Source of the DNA: a virus
Lineage: Duplodnaviria; Heunggongvirae; Uroviricota; Caudoviricetes
Reading direction: 5' to 3' (one strand)
IMG/VR virus record: IMGVR_UViG_2529292911_000009
DNA: 44,421 nt
Position numbers and translations under genes: made by a program. The notes below the pieces were generated by a model. The model did not search any database. It worked only from the letters and a program-made list of their open reading frames with translations, and had not been told where the DNA came from. Shown here piece after piece: positions 1 through 11,048 of this stretch (the first letter of the stretch is position 1; each line of letters begins with the position of its first letter).

Positions 1-150
1 ATGGTCATCTGGAGCTTACAGGTGGCCATTCGTGGGACAGTATCCCTGACAGCCTACAAAACGCAATTGAAGAACGCGAGGCATCGTCTTAACGAGGCAC
101 CGAGGCGTCGCATTCTTCAGATGGTTCAACCCTTAAGTTAGCGCTTATGG

Positions 151-197
151 GATTTGACCCCCCGGTAGAGTTGCCCCTACTCCGGTTTTCGAGACCG
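151..197. repeat. att-type direct repeat, left copy: displaced 3' fragment of tRNA-Ser
   Basis: 47-nt segment matching 42203-42249 with 3 mismatches. On the minus strand it reads as anticodon arm to T arm of a serU-type tRNA but has no 5' half. Identity is exact over roughly 180-197 (anticodon stem-loop), the likely crossover core. Confidence 0.75.
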
Positions 198-939
198 ATG
201 ATACAGAGTCGAAAAATCAAAGAGTTAAAAATTTTTCTTGGAATAAATGTCTTAAAATCGTACACGAAAAATCAATGAATTACATAACATTAAAGAAGAA
301 TATTCCAAGCCTTCTTAAGTCCACCACCTGTTTCAGGTGTCATTCAGACGTGATTTGCCCCAGATTGGGAAAGCACGCTTTTTTCTCAGCTATCGTCCTC
401 TTATTTTGCCGTTACATTTCTTTTTGCGCTCTAATGATTAATTTACAATAATAATATCGGTAATTATTGAGTAATAATAAATTGATTATTGCAAATGTAA
501 TTTAATTCCATCTTCGCGCTATATTCCAATCTTTAATCTCCGCATGGAACAAGTTGCATGCGTGACTATATTAAGACAACTTATAACCACCAAAACATTT
601 GCTTTGCAAGCAAAAACAGTGACCATTGACTCTAAGAAAATTCCGATCTATTGTTAGGGTCATCAAAGTTACTTAACAGTATTCCGAAATGAAAATACAA
701 AGCAAGCTAATTGTCTTATTAAACATTATTATTGCATTTATATTATTTGAGCTTTTAGCTCAAAAATTTGGTTTGAGTACATTATTTTAAAGCAAGATAA
801 ACAATATCGGGCACTCTAGTTTTTATAATTAACAATTAAACGTCCATAAAATGTTATTTACTTTTCTTCGCTATTGTCATATCTTAATATAGTGGCTTAC
901 GCCACTCTACTTTCATCACATTTTGTACGTTTATGTACT

Positions 940-972
940 CGCCATGAAGCTCTTTCATGGCGATTTTTTATT
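940..972 (+). terminator. putative intrinsic terminator in AT-rich prophage arm
   Basis: 9-bp stem cgccatgaa/ttcatggcg with 5-nt loop followed by attttttatt on the plus strand. Confidence 0.4.
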
Positions 973-1235
973 CTTAATCCAAGAACATACTCCCTACCTA
1001 TAGCAAAATCACTTTTTTAACAAAAGAATAACGTATTTAGGTAAAAATTACGAATTTACCCTATAGGTGCTACTGGCCATTCAATATCCGGTGCAGTTGA
1101 TGTATCAACACGGTTCAGCAACACCCGATACTTTTTCCAGGCTTCCAGCAACAAGGTTTCTTCCTCCGTTGCGATTTCCAGCTCAACAACAGTCTGAACG
1201 TACCAGGAACAGCCTCCTTCAGGGCTTGAAGGATA

Positions 1236-2505
1236 TCAATGTTCGCTTCCTGTTAACTGCCCGACAAGTGCAACCAGTTCGCTTACCTGATTTTCCAGAG
1301 TGCTGATCCGGGTGCCTGCTGTTGCCAGATTTTTACGTAGCGTTATGTTTTCCTCTTCCAGCGCGGTAACGCGACCATCTGTTTCACGGGCGACCTGAAC
1401 AAGTAACCCCGTCACGGCGGCGTAGTCAACATTCAGATAACGTGTTTCTTCACGTAATTCATTGCCGTCAACCGTTGGTCCCTGCAACTCTTCACCGTAA
1501 TGAGTAAACGATCCCACAGCTTCTGGTATCGCCTCCATTACTTCCTGTGCAATAACGCCAGCATAAGGCATCCCGTTTTCCCTGAGCGTGTAGGTGTATC
1601 CGTTCATTTTACGGATTGCTTTCGTCGCGTCGCTGATAACGAGAATATCGTCTTTAAGGTCGCGGTCTGATGACTGATTCAGCGTTGTGCAATTAATAGC
1701 GCCATTTACATCAAACAACTGGCCTGCTGACGTTTTTTGCGCATAAAACAGATACGCAGCAGACGTTCCAACCTCAAAAACGTTTTGTCGATCACTTGAT
1801 CCCCATACTTTTGCGGCAAATGATAGTTCTGTATTACCTAAGTTCTGTAAAACAAAACGATTGCCAGTCCCTGATTGTTTTGTAAGAGTTAAATCAACAG
1901 TTGAGTTAACCTCATCCTTGTTGATAGTGAGCGCCTGCGCTTTAGCACCGTTAACAGCACCTGTTTTGAGTTGAACTGCTCCATCACTGCCATTAAGTAG
2001 AATCTCTGCATTACTATGGTAGTTCTTAAGTGACACCATTTTGCTTTCGCCTGAGTGCATACCTAACACCCACGCAGCGGAACTACCTGTACTGTTAAGG
2101 CCGCGAACATAGCATGACATTGTAGAAAATCTGCAACGCTACCAAGTATCTCTACCCTACCTCCACCGGATTTAACTGGTGATGATGTTGTTACTGACTT
2201 AACAGAAAGCTCGGTTGCTGAATTGAGATCGTCAGCCGTAAGTAGTTTTTTCCATTCCTGAACCGTTCCGTTTTCAACTGTTCTTCCCCAAAAACCGGAA
2301 TTGCGGCCTCCGAACTGCACAGCATAATTTTTACTAAATTGAACATGAATGCCGCCAAGAACCATAGAGCCTGCCGGGCCGTTTGTACTACCTGCGATTG
2401 GTCTAAATTTGTCGACGTTATCAGTATGCTGAGCGTTCCAGTCATGACCTGTTAATGTTGCGATTCCTGAGTTAGCTGTAATTAACCCAGACGCTTTTAA
2501 GATTT
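1236..2505 (-). pseudogene. side tail fiber, C-terminal part in two shifted frames; includes C-terminal intramolecular chaperone (peptidase S74-like) domain
   Basis: ORFs 2063..2365 and 1236..2120 continue the tail fiber in other frames. Frame junctions fall at a T5 run (plus 2503-2507) and an A4 run (plus 2126-2129); adding one base at each restores one long ORF. The C-terminus (SFTHYGE...YLNVDYAAVTGLLVQVARE) resembles autocleaving chaperone domains. Could be genuine decay or homopolymer sequencing indels. Confidence 0.65.
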
Positions 2506-4512
2506 TTGCACATCAATTCTGTCGTTTGCGAAATTATATGCAATTGCGTTACTAACGCTTCCGGCATCATCATAATCGCGTTTCTGAATAAACCAGTCGC
2601 CAGCATTAGCAATGAGAGTATAAGTAGGCGTGTTAGCCGGGCGATCTGTTTCATTAAATCTTATTGCTGGGTTAGCGCTCCTTATTTGTAAAGGTTTTTC
2701 AACCGTGGATTTCAGTATCGCACTATCTACAATTAAATTACCTTCTGAGGTAAAGTCTAGATATTTTGTAGCACCAGTTGAACCACCGTATGTAAATCTT
2801 ATTGTTAATCGACCTTGCTCATTTGGAAAAGTCTGAACATACATATCAGCGGCAAGGCGCACAGTGTTGTCATTTGCTAACAGCCTCGTATGGAGCATTC
2901 CGCCAGTAGTGTATGCGCCAGTAGAATCACTAGTCCTATCGAGAAATAGACTATTAAGCTGAGGGCTGTTATCCCTGCCTAATCCAAGATTAGTTCTGGC
3001 ACCATCAATAGTTGCCGCACCAGTACCTCCGGCCGCGATCGAAAGCGGAATCCATCCGCTATTCTCTGCATCGAAATAACCCCATGTTCCTGAATCGTAG
3101 ATACCAAAAAATTTGCTTGCATTTTGACAATATACGCGTGTATTACCTGTTAGTTGAGTAAGCCTGTCCACTTCATCTTTTCTTGCGTGACGCGTCCACT
3201 GCGGGCCTATTGTCGGATTCCAGCGATAAGTATAAAGCGAGCGCGTAGCCCATCCCTGAAATACACCTGTATACGCTGGTGTTCCATCTACCTGACTAAT
3301 AAACCCCGTAAGACTGCTTTCACCGGATGCAATCGATGGAAAGCCTTTTGCATTACTCATAATGCGCATAAATCCGATATACCCTGATGGGTTGCCGGAA
3401 ATATCAGGACAATCACGCGGTGATGCCCCGAGGCCGATGCTGGTGCCTACAATCCCTTGCGCCTGGTTGCGATAATTAAGTGCGTCCGCTGCCGATTTCG
3501 CCGCGTTTGTTTCACTGGATTTAGCATTAGTTTCGCTGGCTTTAGCGTTGGTTTCGCTGCTCTTTGCTGCTGCCTCGCTATTTTTCGCGTTGGTTTCTGA
3601 TTTTTTGGCTGCTGTCGCGGAGTTTGCTGATGCAGTTTGTGAGTCTGCTGCCGCCTGTGCGCTGTTATCTGCATTCGTCTCAGACGTTTTTGCGGCCTTC
3701 GCGGAATTTCCTGCCGCCGTTGCCGAGGAAGCTGCACTACTGGCACTTGATGATGCGTTCGTTTCTGATGATTTCGCTGCCTCTTTTGAGGCCGACGCAT
3801 CCCGGGCTGAGGTGGCAGCTTCTGACGCCTTTGTGGTCGCTGCGGATGCAGAAGTGGCTGCAGATTTTTGTGACGCTGCCGCATTCGTTTCTGACGTTTT
3901 CGCGGCACTGGCACTGGTAGCTGCCGCGCTTTTTGAGGACTCTGCAGCAGCAGCACTTTTCGATGCTTCACTGGCCTTTGTTGATGCCGTTCCTGCGCTG
4001 GAAGACGCTGACTGAGCCGACGACGCGGCCTGTCCGGCTGACGTGCTGGCTGCGCGTGCTGAGCCTGCAGCATCAGTCGCATGGGTTGCCGCCTCACGGG
4101 CTGATGTGCTGGCATCACTGGCTGACTTCTTCGCGGCTGCCGTGTTCTGTGCCACCACGGACGCGTTACGCGCCACCTCTTCCACCATCAGTTCAAAACG
4201 GCGCAGAGCCTCCGGACGGGCATCATCCTCCGTCATGGCACCGAGAAAATCATTCAGCGTACCCGGTTGTGAGTCTTCATACACGGTGATGATCCCGGCA
4301 TGCGATGGCGGGAAGCCTTCCACCAACAGAATAACGCTGTACTGACCGTACTCAACGTCCATGCTGTAACGCCCGGCTTCATCCGGATTTTCAGATGCCA
4401 CCGTGTTCACCACCACCGTGGTGCTGTTACGTTTTGCTTTCAGCTGGATTGTGCAGTTCTGTACCGGTTTACCTGCACCGTCTTTCAGTACACCTGAAAT
4501 TTTTACTGCCAT
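2497..4512 (-). CDS. stf: side tail fiber protein (lambda Stf-like), N-terminal 671 aa
   Basis: N-terminus MAVKISGVLKDGAGKPVQNCTIQLKA matches the conserved Stf start. Long Ala/Ser/Thr-rich region with KSSETNA heptad repeats. True ATG at 4512 preceded by GGGGTGA; the ORF-track start at 4518 is a GTG. Confidence 0.85.
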   Translation of the reverse strand: MAVKISGVLKDGAGKPVQNCTIQLKAKRNSTTVVVNTVASENPDEAGRYSMDVEYGQYSVILLVEGFPPSHAGIITVYEDSQPGTLNDFLGAMTEDDARPEALRRFELMVEEVARNASVVAQNTAAAKKSASDASTSAREAATHATDAAGSARAASTSAGQAASSAQSASSSAGTASTKASEASKSAAAAESSKSAAATSASAAKTSETNAAASQKSAATSASAATTKASEAATSARDASASKEAAKSSETNASSSASSAASSATAAGNSAKAAKTSETNADNSAQAAADSQTASANSATAAKKSETNAKNSEAAAKSSETNAKASETNAKSSETNAAKSAADALNYRNQAQGIVGTSIGLGASPRDCPDISGNPSGYIGFMRIMSNAKGFPSIASGESSLTGFISQVDGTPAYTGVFQGWATRSLYTYRWNPTIGPQWTRHARKDEVDRLTQLTGNTRVYCQNASKFFGIYDSGTWGYFDAENSGWIPLSIAAGGTGAATIDGARTNLGLGRDNSPQLNSLFLDRTSDSTGAYTTGGMLHTRLLANDNTVRLAADMYVQTFPNEQGRLTIRFTYGGSTGATKYLDFTSEGNLIVDSAILKSTVEKPLQIRSANPAIRFNETDRPANTPTYTLIANAGDWFIQKRDYDDAGSVSNAIAYNFANDRIDVQKS

Positions 4513-4520
4513 ATTCACCC

Positions 4521-4552
4521 CACAAAAAAGCCCGCCTGAACCGGCGGGCTGT
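4521..4552 (-). terminator. intrinsic terminator between lom and stf
   Basis: Minus strand agcccgcc-ggttca-ggcgggct hairpin followed by TTTTTTG. Confidence 0.7.
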
Positions 4553-4576
4553 CATAACACTGTGTTACCTGGCTAA

Positions 4577-5176
4577 TCAGAATTTATAACCAACACCCAC
4601 GATGAACCCGTCAGTGCGCCAGTCACCACTGCCGGAGCCTTCATAAGCGACATCAATGGCCACGGATTCGGTCGGGTTAAACTGCACGCCAGCTCCCCAC
4701 GCCAGAGACGTGTTGCTGTGGCGACCGTCATCACTTCCGGTCAGCACATCGTGCTTTTTCCCCTTGTTGTCAGTTACGCGGAGATAATCCCCGGAGAAAG
4801 TCGACACACGGCTGTAAGCCACACCCGCCATCGCATACGCGCTGAACCATTCATTCACGCGCACAGACGGCCCCGCCATTACGCTGAACCAGCGGTTACG
4901 AACGGAATCTTCATGCCAGCGGGTATCGCTGTAACGGGTAATCTGGCGATTCTTGTCTCCTGCATAGCTGAACGACGTCACCATCCCCAGTGTGTCCGTA
5001 AACTCATAACGGTATTTCACGTTAATCCCGTTCAGATCATCACTGCCGGGAACGTTCGTCCGGGCATGAAGATACCCCGCGCTCAGCGTGGACTGATGTT
5101 CAGCCGCCCATGCAGGCGCACCGGATACGGCCAGACAGATGGCTGCGGACAAAATGGCGGCATAAAGTTTACGCAT
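4577..5176 (-). CDS. lom: Lom/Ail-family outer membrane beta-barrel protein
   Basis: Signal peptide [24 protein letters not shown], alternating beta-strand pattern, C-terminal GYKF. Sits between J and stf as in lambda. Confidence 0.9.
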   Translation of the reverse strand: MRKLYAAILSAAICLAVSGAPAWAAEHQSTLSAGYLHARTNVPGSDDLNGINVKYRYEFTDTLGMVTSFSYAGDKNRQITRYSDTRWHEDSVRNRWFSVMAGPSVRVNEWFSAYAMAGVAYSRVSTFSGDYLRVTDNKGKKHDVLTGSDDGRHSNTSLAWGAGVQFNPTESVAIDVAYEGSGSGDWRTDGFIVGVGYKF

Positions 5177-5192
5177 AATTACCTCTCGCTTT

Positions 5193-5226
5193 TCTGCAAT
5201 AAAAAAGGCGCCAGAAATGGCGCCCG
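5193..5226 (-). terminator. intrinsic terminator between J and lom
   Basis: Minus strand ggcgcc-atttct-ggcgcc hairpin followed by TTTTTTATTG. Confidence 0.65.
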
Positions 5227-5244
5227 CATATGGGTTATGAAAAT

Positions 5245-8200
5245 TCAGCTAATCGTGATACCTGCTGTGGATTTCTTCATCACCACAACCAGCAAATCGC
5301 TGATGCTTGCTGTGGGATACCAGTTATTTACCAGCCATGCTGACACCGAAAACTCCAGTATCATGTGACCGTGACCGGCAGGCATATCAATAACACCACT
5401 GTAAATCAGCGTATTATCCAGCGCGGTACGGTTATAAATTTCAGCACCGTTTTTCCGCACTATCAGACGGCATGAGGAGTAAATATCAGTATGCTCTCTC
5501 TCATGCTTAGCGCCACTGAATGCCACCGCGGGAATAACAATCTGCCGGTCAAACGGCTGATCGTCATAAACCCTGACGGTAATGGTCCCTGATGGCCACC
5601 GCTCCGGTGCACGGGAGTCCCGGGGGAAAGCTTTGCCCACTGTTTTAACGAGATCGCCTTCAATCTGGTTCGCGGACAGTTTTCCCAGAACCCGACAGTT
5701 CTCGTTAATCGTGACATTGTTGAGCGTCCCTGAATTTGCATTCACATTACCGCTGATATCCGCATTTTTAGCGGTCAGCTTTCCGTCTGGTGTCAGGGAA
5801 AATGCCGGCGGATTTCCACCGCTGGTAATGGTGGGAGCCGTCAGGCGTTTCAGGAACACGTCGTTCATGAATATCTGGTTGCCCTGCGCCACAAACATCG
5901 GCGTTTCATTCCCGTTTGCCGGGTCAATAAACGCGATACGGTTAGCGGCAACCAGAAACTGGCTCAGTTTGCCTTCCTCTGTGTCCTCCATGCTGAGGCC
6001 AATACCCGCGACATAATGTTTGCCGTCTTTGGTCTGCTCAATTTTGACGCCCCACATGGCATTCCACTTATCACTGGCGTCCTTCCACTCTTTCGAAAAC
6101 TCCTCCAGTTTGCTGGCGTTATCCTCCGTCAGCTCGACTTTTTCCAGCAGCTCCTTGCCGAGATGGGATTCGGTTATCTGGCCTTTGAAAAAATCCAGGT
6201 AACCTTCCGCATCATCGCTCGCCCGACCAACAGCCTCCACGAATGCCGATTTGCCGACGGTGTTCACACTGCGGATATAAAAGTAATAATCACGACCCGG
6301 TTTGATATTGATACTGGCGGCTATCCAGTACAGCCCCGTGCCAAGATAGCGGGCTGTGGTTTCAACCTGCCTGATATCGGTAATCCGCTTTTCCGAGAAC
6401 CAGAACTCAAACTGTACCGTCGGATCATAAACCGCAAGATGCGGCGTTGCGGTTATCTGAAAATAGCCCGGCGTCAGCTCAATCCGCGACGGTGCTGCCG
6501 GTGCGGCGATCCGGAACGATACCGACGCCGGATCGCCCTGCTGTCCCCACGCATTTACCGCCCGGACCGTCAGCCTGTAGTTCCCCAGCGCCAGTTGCGT
6601 GAAGCGGTATGTGGTTTCCGTCGTCCTGGCCGTGCTGACCAGCCGCTCACTGCCGTCATCCGCTGCCACGGTCAGGCGAAGCATAAAGCTCACGCCCTTC
6701 ACCACCTTCGGCGTGTCCCATCGCGCCAGCACCTGATATTCCCCGCTGTCTGCGGTGACTTCGGCGGTCAGATGCTGCACTGCTGGCGGCGTGACACCAT
6801 TCACCGTGCCGCTCTGGTCACCGTCAAAGTGCGCCCCGTTATCCACGATGGCTTCTTTCTCCGGTACATGCTGCACGGCAGTGATGGCATACGTGCCGTC
6901 GTCGTTCTCACGGATACTCACACAGCGGAACAGGCGCTGGCGCAGCGTCGGCAGCTTCAGCCCCCACACGCTGTATCCGGCAACGCCGTCAGGAACCCGG
7001 CTCACTTTCACCTTCACGCCGTCGGTGACGGACTGGACCTCCACGCTGACCGGATTGCCACTTCCGTCAACCAGGCTTATCAGCGTGGTGCCGGAGGATG
7101 GCAGCGTGATTTCACGGTCGAGCGTCAGCGTCCGGGTCTGGCTGTTCACCGCCAGCACACGCCCGCCGATGCTGATCCCCGCATAGTCATCATCACAGAT
7201 TTCAATGACATCGCCCGGTACATGGCGAAGCCCTTCGGCACCCACGCTGAAATCCACGGTCTGCGTCTCCAGCAGCTCCGTTTTAATCAGCCACAGCCCG
7301 GCGCGGTGTGCCTGCCCCCGGCTGGTACAGCCAAAGGCATCCATCTTCGTGACGTTACGACCGTAACGGGCAATGGCCTGCGTATCCTCCACAAGCTCTG
7401 TCGCCGTCTCCCAGCCGTTATCCGGGTCAATCCAGTTCACCTCAACGGCATTATGGCGGTCCTTCAGGGCGCTGAAGCTGTAGCGGAACGGCGCGCCATC
7501 ATCCGGCATCACCACATTACTGCGGTTATAGGTCCACACCTTATCCGACGGTCGGTCCTGCACGAACGTCAGCGTCTGCCCGTTCCATACCGGCATACAG
7601 CGCATCGCCGAGCAGAAATCGCTGAGAACATCCCACGCCTTACGCTGTGTGGTCAGCCAGGCATTACAGGTGATGCGCGGCTCCGTGCCGCCAAAACCAT
7701 TCGGTACCAACTGGTCGCAGTACTGGCCGATAACGTACAGCGCCCATTTGTCCACATCTGCCGCACCAAGACGTTTCCCCATGCCGTAGCGTGGATGGGT
7801 CAGCATATCCCACAGACACCAGGCCATGTTGTTGCTGTATGCTGGCTTAAACGTTCCGTCCCAGATACCGCTGTATTGCCGCGTCTGCGGGTTATAGTTC
7901 GACGGCACCTGCAGAATACGCCCGCGCAGATGATAATTACGGCTCACCTGCTGGCTGCCGAACTGCTCCGAATCCACCTGCACGCCGACCAGTGCCGTAT
8001 TCGGGTAGCACTGTTTCACATCGATGATTTCGGTGTATGACGACCAGAGCGTTTTGTTCTGCAGCTGGTCTGTGGTGCTGTCCGGCGTCATCCTGCGCAT
8101 CCGGATATTAAACGGGCGCGGCGGCAGGTTATCCACCACCACCGAGGCCAGATACTGCGAGGTGGTTTTGCCCTTAATGGTGATGTCTTTTTCCGTCACC

Positions 8201-8640
8201 CAGCCACCGTTACGTTGTATCTGAACCAGCAGGCGGACTTCCGATGGATTCCTGTCCCCCTTTGAGGTGGTTTCCACCAGTGCCTGCACACCGAAGGTAA
8301 AGCGCAGACGGTCGATGTTTGCCGACGTGATGGTGCGGGTGATCGGCGTGTCATATTTCACTTCCGTACCCAGCACCGTCTCGGAGCCGGAGGATTCAAA
8401 TCCCTCCGGCGGTGTCTGCTCCTGCTCGCCTGCCCGGAACACCACCGTGACGCCGGAGATATTGGTATTCCCCTCGCTGTCCAGCACCGGCGTACTGTTC
8501 AGCAGCACGCTTTTTAATCCATCCACCGGACCTTCAACCGGACCTTCGCTGATGGCATCAATCACACTCAGCAACTGCGTGGACTTCAGGTTGTCCTTCG
8601 CTTCGCGCGGGGTATGCCCCTTACTGCTGCCTTTACCCAT
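5245..8640 (-). CDS. J: tail tip host-specificity protein J
   Basis: 1131 aa. N-terminus [34 protein letters not shown] and most of the length are collinear with lambda J as recalled; the C-terminal roughly 150 aa diverge. Confidence 0.95.
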   Translation of the reverse strand: MGKGSSKGHTPREAKDNLKSTQLLSVIDAISEGPVEGPVDGLKSVLLNSTPVLDSEGNTNISGVTVVFRAGEQEQTPPEGFESSGSETVLGTEVKYDTPITRTITSANIDRLRFTFGVQALVETTSKGDRNPSEVRLLVQIQRNGGWVTEKDITIKGKTTSQYLASVVVDNLPPRPFNIRMRRMTPDSTTDQLQNKTLWSSYTEIIDVKQCYPNTALVGVQVDSEQFGSQQVSRNYHLRGRILQVPSNYNPQTRQYSGIWDGTFKPAYSNNMAWCLWDMLTHPRYGMGKRLGAADVDKWALYVIGQYCDQLVPNGFGGTEPRITCNAWLTTQRKAWDVLSDFCSAMRCMPVWNGQTLTFVQDRPSDKVWTYNRSNVVMPDDGAPFRYSFSALKDRHNAVEVNWIDPDNGWETATELVEDTQAIARYGRNVTKMDAFGCTSRGQAHRAGLWLIKTELLETQTVDFSVGAEGLRHVPGDVIEICDDDYAGISIGGRVLAVNSQTRTLTLDREITLPSSGTTLISLVDGSGNPVSVEVQSVTDGVKVKVSRVPDGVAGYSVWGLKLPTLRQRLFRCVSIRENDDGTYAITAVQHVPEKEAIVDNGAHFDGDQSGTVNGVTPPAVQHLTAEVTADSGEYQVLARWDTPKVVKGVSFMLRLTVAADDGSERLVSTARTTETTYRFTQLALGNYRLTVRAVNAWGQQGDPASVSFRIAAPAAPSRIELTPGYFQITATPHLAVYDPTVQFEFWFSEKRITDIRQVETTARYLGTGLYWIAASINIKPGRDYYFYIRSVNTVGKSAFVEAVGRASDDAEGYLDFFKGQITESHLGKELLEKVELTEDNASKLEEFSKEWKDASDKWNAMWGVKIEQTKDGKHYVAGIGLSMEDTEEGKLSQFLVAANRIAFIDPANGNETPMFVAQGNQIFMNDVFLKRLTAPTITSGGNPPAFSLTPDGKLTAKNADISGNVNANSGTLNNVTINENCRVLGKLSANQIEGDLVKTVGKAFPRDSRAPERWPSGTITVRVYDDQPFDRQIVIPAVAFSGAKHEREHTDIYSSCRLIVRKNGAEIYNRTALDNTLIYSGVIDMPAGHGHMILEFSVSAWLVNNWYPTASISDLLVVVMKKSTAGITIS

Positions 8641-8700
8641 TCCTCACGCTCCATAAACGACAAAACCGCCCGGAGGCGGTTTCACATAAAACATTTTTCA

Positions 8701-9348
8701 TCAGCGACCAATCACCACAACCTGACCACCATCACCTTCATCTGCCGTGCTGATCTCCTGAGATACCACCCGCGACCCCACACGCATTTCACCGTACAGA
8801 ACGGGCAGAACATTGCCCTGGGCAACCATGTTATCCAGTGACGAGAAATACGTGTTCTGTTTGCCGTTATCTGTACTGGCTGCCGTGGGCGTCCTGGCTT
8901 TCGGTGCCAGCATCTGCGCCACACCACCCAGGATCATACTGGCCCCTGCTGCATACATACCCGATACAGCCGCGGCCCCTAGCCAGCCCACAGGGTTCCA
9001 CCATGCCACCGCAATCAGCGCCGCACCCAGCACCGCCTGAAACACACCGCCACTTTTGGCCCCCTCCAGACGCGGAACGATGTGGATCACGGCACCATTT
9101 GCCAGCGGCTCATTAAGACGGGCAGACAATTCGGTTTCACCTGCATCACGCCCGGCAATCCGTACCTGATACCAGCCGTCACTCAGTTTCTGACGAAACG
9201 CCGGGATCTGCATGGCCAGCGCCCGGATGGCTTCGGCCCCCGTTTTCACACGAAGGTCGATGCGGCGGCCAAATCGTTGTAAATTCCCGTAAAGGCAGAT
9301 GCGTGCCATGCCCGGTGACGCCAGAGGGAGTGTGTGCGTCGCTGCCAT
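8701..9348 (-). CDS. I: tail assembly protein I
   Basis: 215 aa, MAATHTLPLASPGMARICLYGNLQRFGRR..., lambda I-like with hydrophobic C-terminal region. Position between K and J. Confidence 0.85.
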   Translation of the reverse strand: MAATHTLPLASPGMARICLYGNLQRFGRRIDLRVKTGAEAIRALAMQIPAFRQKLSDGWYQVRIAGRDAGETELSARLNEPLANGAVIHIVPRLEGAKSGGVFQAVLGAALIAVAWWNPVGWLGAAAVSGMYAAGASMILGGVAQMLAPKARTPTAASTDNGKQNTYFSSLDNMVAQGNVLPVLYGEMRVGSRVVSQEISTADEGDGGQVVVIGR

Positions 9349-9989
9349 TTGTCGGTATACCTCTCTCGTTTGCTCAGTTGTTCAGGAATATGGTGCAGCA
9401 GCTCGCCGTCGCCGCAGTAAATGGCGGCATGATTCGGCACCGATGAACCAAAACAGCACAGCAGCACATCGCCCGGCTGCGCCTCTGTCAGTGCGACACG
9501 GTAAAAACTAGTCGCCTCCATATTGTCAAGATAGAGATTCTGGCCGTTACGCCACCAGTCATCCCCGCGATAAAAATCCGGCATCTCAATTTCCGCCAGA
9601 TGGTATGCATCCCGGAACAGCGTGTAACAGTCCGTCACCCCGTGCTCAAAGCGCCGCCCGGTAAGATGTGGCACACAGCGGAACTTGTGAATCGCCCCCC
9701 GGCAGACCAGCCACCACGGCAAATCACTCTGCACCTGCAGCCGCCTGTCGACCTCACTCAGCCAGGGCAGACCACCGGGGTGGCTGTGGACCAGTGCCAC
9801 AACCTCCCCCTGCATCTCTGCCTGCAGCCAGTCCTCCGGCGACATCCGGAAATACGCCTCCGGCTCACCGGAGATATTCACGCAGGGAAAATATCTGTCC
9901 CCCTCCGGCGTTCTCACCACGAAGCCGCACGACTCCGCTGGCGCACATCGCCGGGCGTGCGCCAGAATCGCTGATTCTGTCTCTGTCAT
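9246..9989 (-). CDS. K: tail tip assembly protein K (JAB/MPN plus NlpC/P60-like)
   Basis: HSHPGG metal-binding motif and a Cys/His peptidase-like C-terminus. Start taken at MTETES; the ORF-track start at 10064 overlaps L and is probably an over-extension. Confidence 0.8.
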   Translation of the reverse strand: MTETESAILAHARRCAPAESCGFVVRTPEGDRYFPCVNISGEPEAYFRMSPEDWLQAEMQGEVVALVHSHPGGLPWLSEVDRRLQVQSDLPWWLVCRGAIHKFRCVPHLTGRRFEHGVTDCYTLFRDAYHLAEIEMPDFYRGDDWWRNGQNLYLDNMEATSFYRVALTEAQPGDVLLCCFGSSVPNHAAIYCGDGELLHHIPEQLSKRERYTDKWQRRTHSLWRHRAWHASAFTGIYNDLAAASTFV

Positions 9990-9993
9990 GGGT

Positions 9994-10692
9994 TTACTGC
10001 GAAAGTTTGTTAATGGAAAGGTAGCCGCCAAAATTGCCGACGTTATTGCGGAACTTGCAACCACTCAGGCATTTGCTGCATTTATCCTTCGTGATATCGG
10101 ACGTTGGCTGGTCATATTCATCCGCGACCGCCGGGCCATCATAACCGCACTCATCGCCGCGGTAGATCCAGGTGCAGGTGTTGGCCAGCATGATGCGCCC
10201 CGGAAAAACAGCACCATCCGTTTCCGTCGGTGTGGACAGCACAAAAGAGGCACTGACCGCGCTCAGTTCGCTGCACTGTTCGATGCGCCAGCGGCTGATC
10301 ACCTCCTGCTCCGGATCGGCGTCACTGTTTCCGTTGACGAAGTTCACCGCATCCAGAAAACGGGCGTAAACCTTACGCCGGACCACCGTTCCGCCGACCA
10401 GACTCTGCAGATCTTCCGCCATCCCGGTGACCATGCCGTACAGATTAGAGACTTTAAGCGTTGGCCTTGCACTGGCTCCTTTGCCGTTCATCTCAAATCC
10501 GCTTCCCTGAATGGGATAAGCCTGATACTGCCGCCCCTGCCAGGTGACTGGTTCACCTTTTTCGTTCTGCTCATTACAGAAGAAATAACGATCTCCGCCG
10601 ACTTCTGTCAGATCAATTTCCCAGAGCACGACCAGCGCGGATTGCTCCGTTTTAGTGCACTCATTGAGTGTTTCCTGCTGTATATCCTGCAT
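9994..10692 (-). CDS. L: minor tail protein L
   Basis: 232 aa, same length and order as lambda L. Cys cluster near the C-terminus. Confidence 0.85.
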   Translation of the reverse strand: MQDIQQETLNECTKTEQSALVVLWEIDLTEVGGDRYFFCNEQNEKGEPVTWQGRQYQAYPIQGSGFEMNGKGASARPTLKVSNLYGMVTGMAEDLQSLVGGTVVRRKVYARFLDAVNFVNGNSDADPEQEVISRWRIEQCSELSAVSASFVLSTPTETDGAVFPGRIMLANTCTWIYRGDECGYDGPAVADEYDQPTSDITKDKCSKCLSGCKFRNNVGNFGGYLSINKLSQ

Positions 10693-11048
10693 CAGTGAGT
10701 GACCTCTTCAAAGGTACAGTTAAAATCGGTATACATGGTATTATCCGAAATGCTCCACTCCCTGCAGACAACCCGGACAGTCCTGTTGTGTTTTGGCGGA
10801 CGCCACAAAAAAGCACGAATCCCGGCATGACGGGATAAAAAACTGTCCAGCGCGGCACGGGAATATTCATCTGTGACACGAAATACCGGTTTAAACGTTT
10901 TCAGATCCGCATTCAGACCACCAGCCCGTCGCTGTTCATATCCGTCACCAAACTTTACCGTAATAACTGATGGCTTTCGTGTCGTCTCCATCCCCTCACG
11001 GGGGATCCAGTTAAAAACTTCAGGCTCAGGCACTGTACAATCCTCCAT
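10692..11048 (-). CDS. M: minor tail protein M
   Basis: FGDGYEQR...GLNADLKTF...FLWRPP matches the lambda M pattern (FGDGYSQR...GLNANLKTY...FLWTPP). Start codon uncertain (11048 or 10991). Confidence 0.75.
   Translation of the reverse strand: MEDCTVPEPEVFNWIPREGMETTRKPSVITVKFGDGYEQRRAGGLNADLKTFKPVFRVTDEYSRAALDSFLSRHAGIRAFLWRPPKHNRTVRVVCREWSISDNTMYTDFNCTFEEVTH

Noticed and set aside
1-141. In-frame 46-codon ORF running from the window edge to a stop at 139-141, possibly the 3' end of a host gene
   Set aside because: Too short and truncated to identify; could not be matched to a known serU neighbour from memory, so not annotated.
1067-1306. 79-aa plus-strand ORF overlapping the tail fiber 3' end
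   Set aside because: Overlaps the minus-strand tail fiber coding region and the AT-rich arm; no RBS; composition not protein-like.
3447-4289. Several overlapping ORFs on both strands (223, 155, 118, 118 aa) inside the tail fiber repeat region
   Set aside because: Alternative frames of the Ala/Ser/Thr repeat tract giving Arg/Pro/Gln-rich or Ala/Phe-rich low-complexity products; the Stf frame is the only one with a recognisable protein.
6016-8040. 674-aa plus-strand ORF
   Set aside because: Lies entirely antisense to the well-supported J gene; Arg/His-rich, low-complexity translation typical of a shadow ORF in GC-rich coding DNA.
9988-10698. 236-aa plus-strand ORF
   Set aside because: Antisense to minor tail gene L; no RBS or protein-like features.
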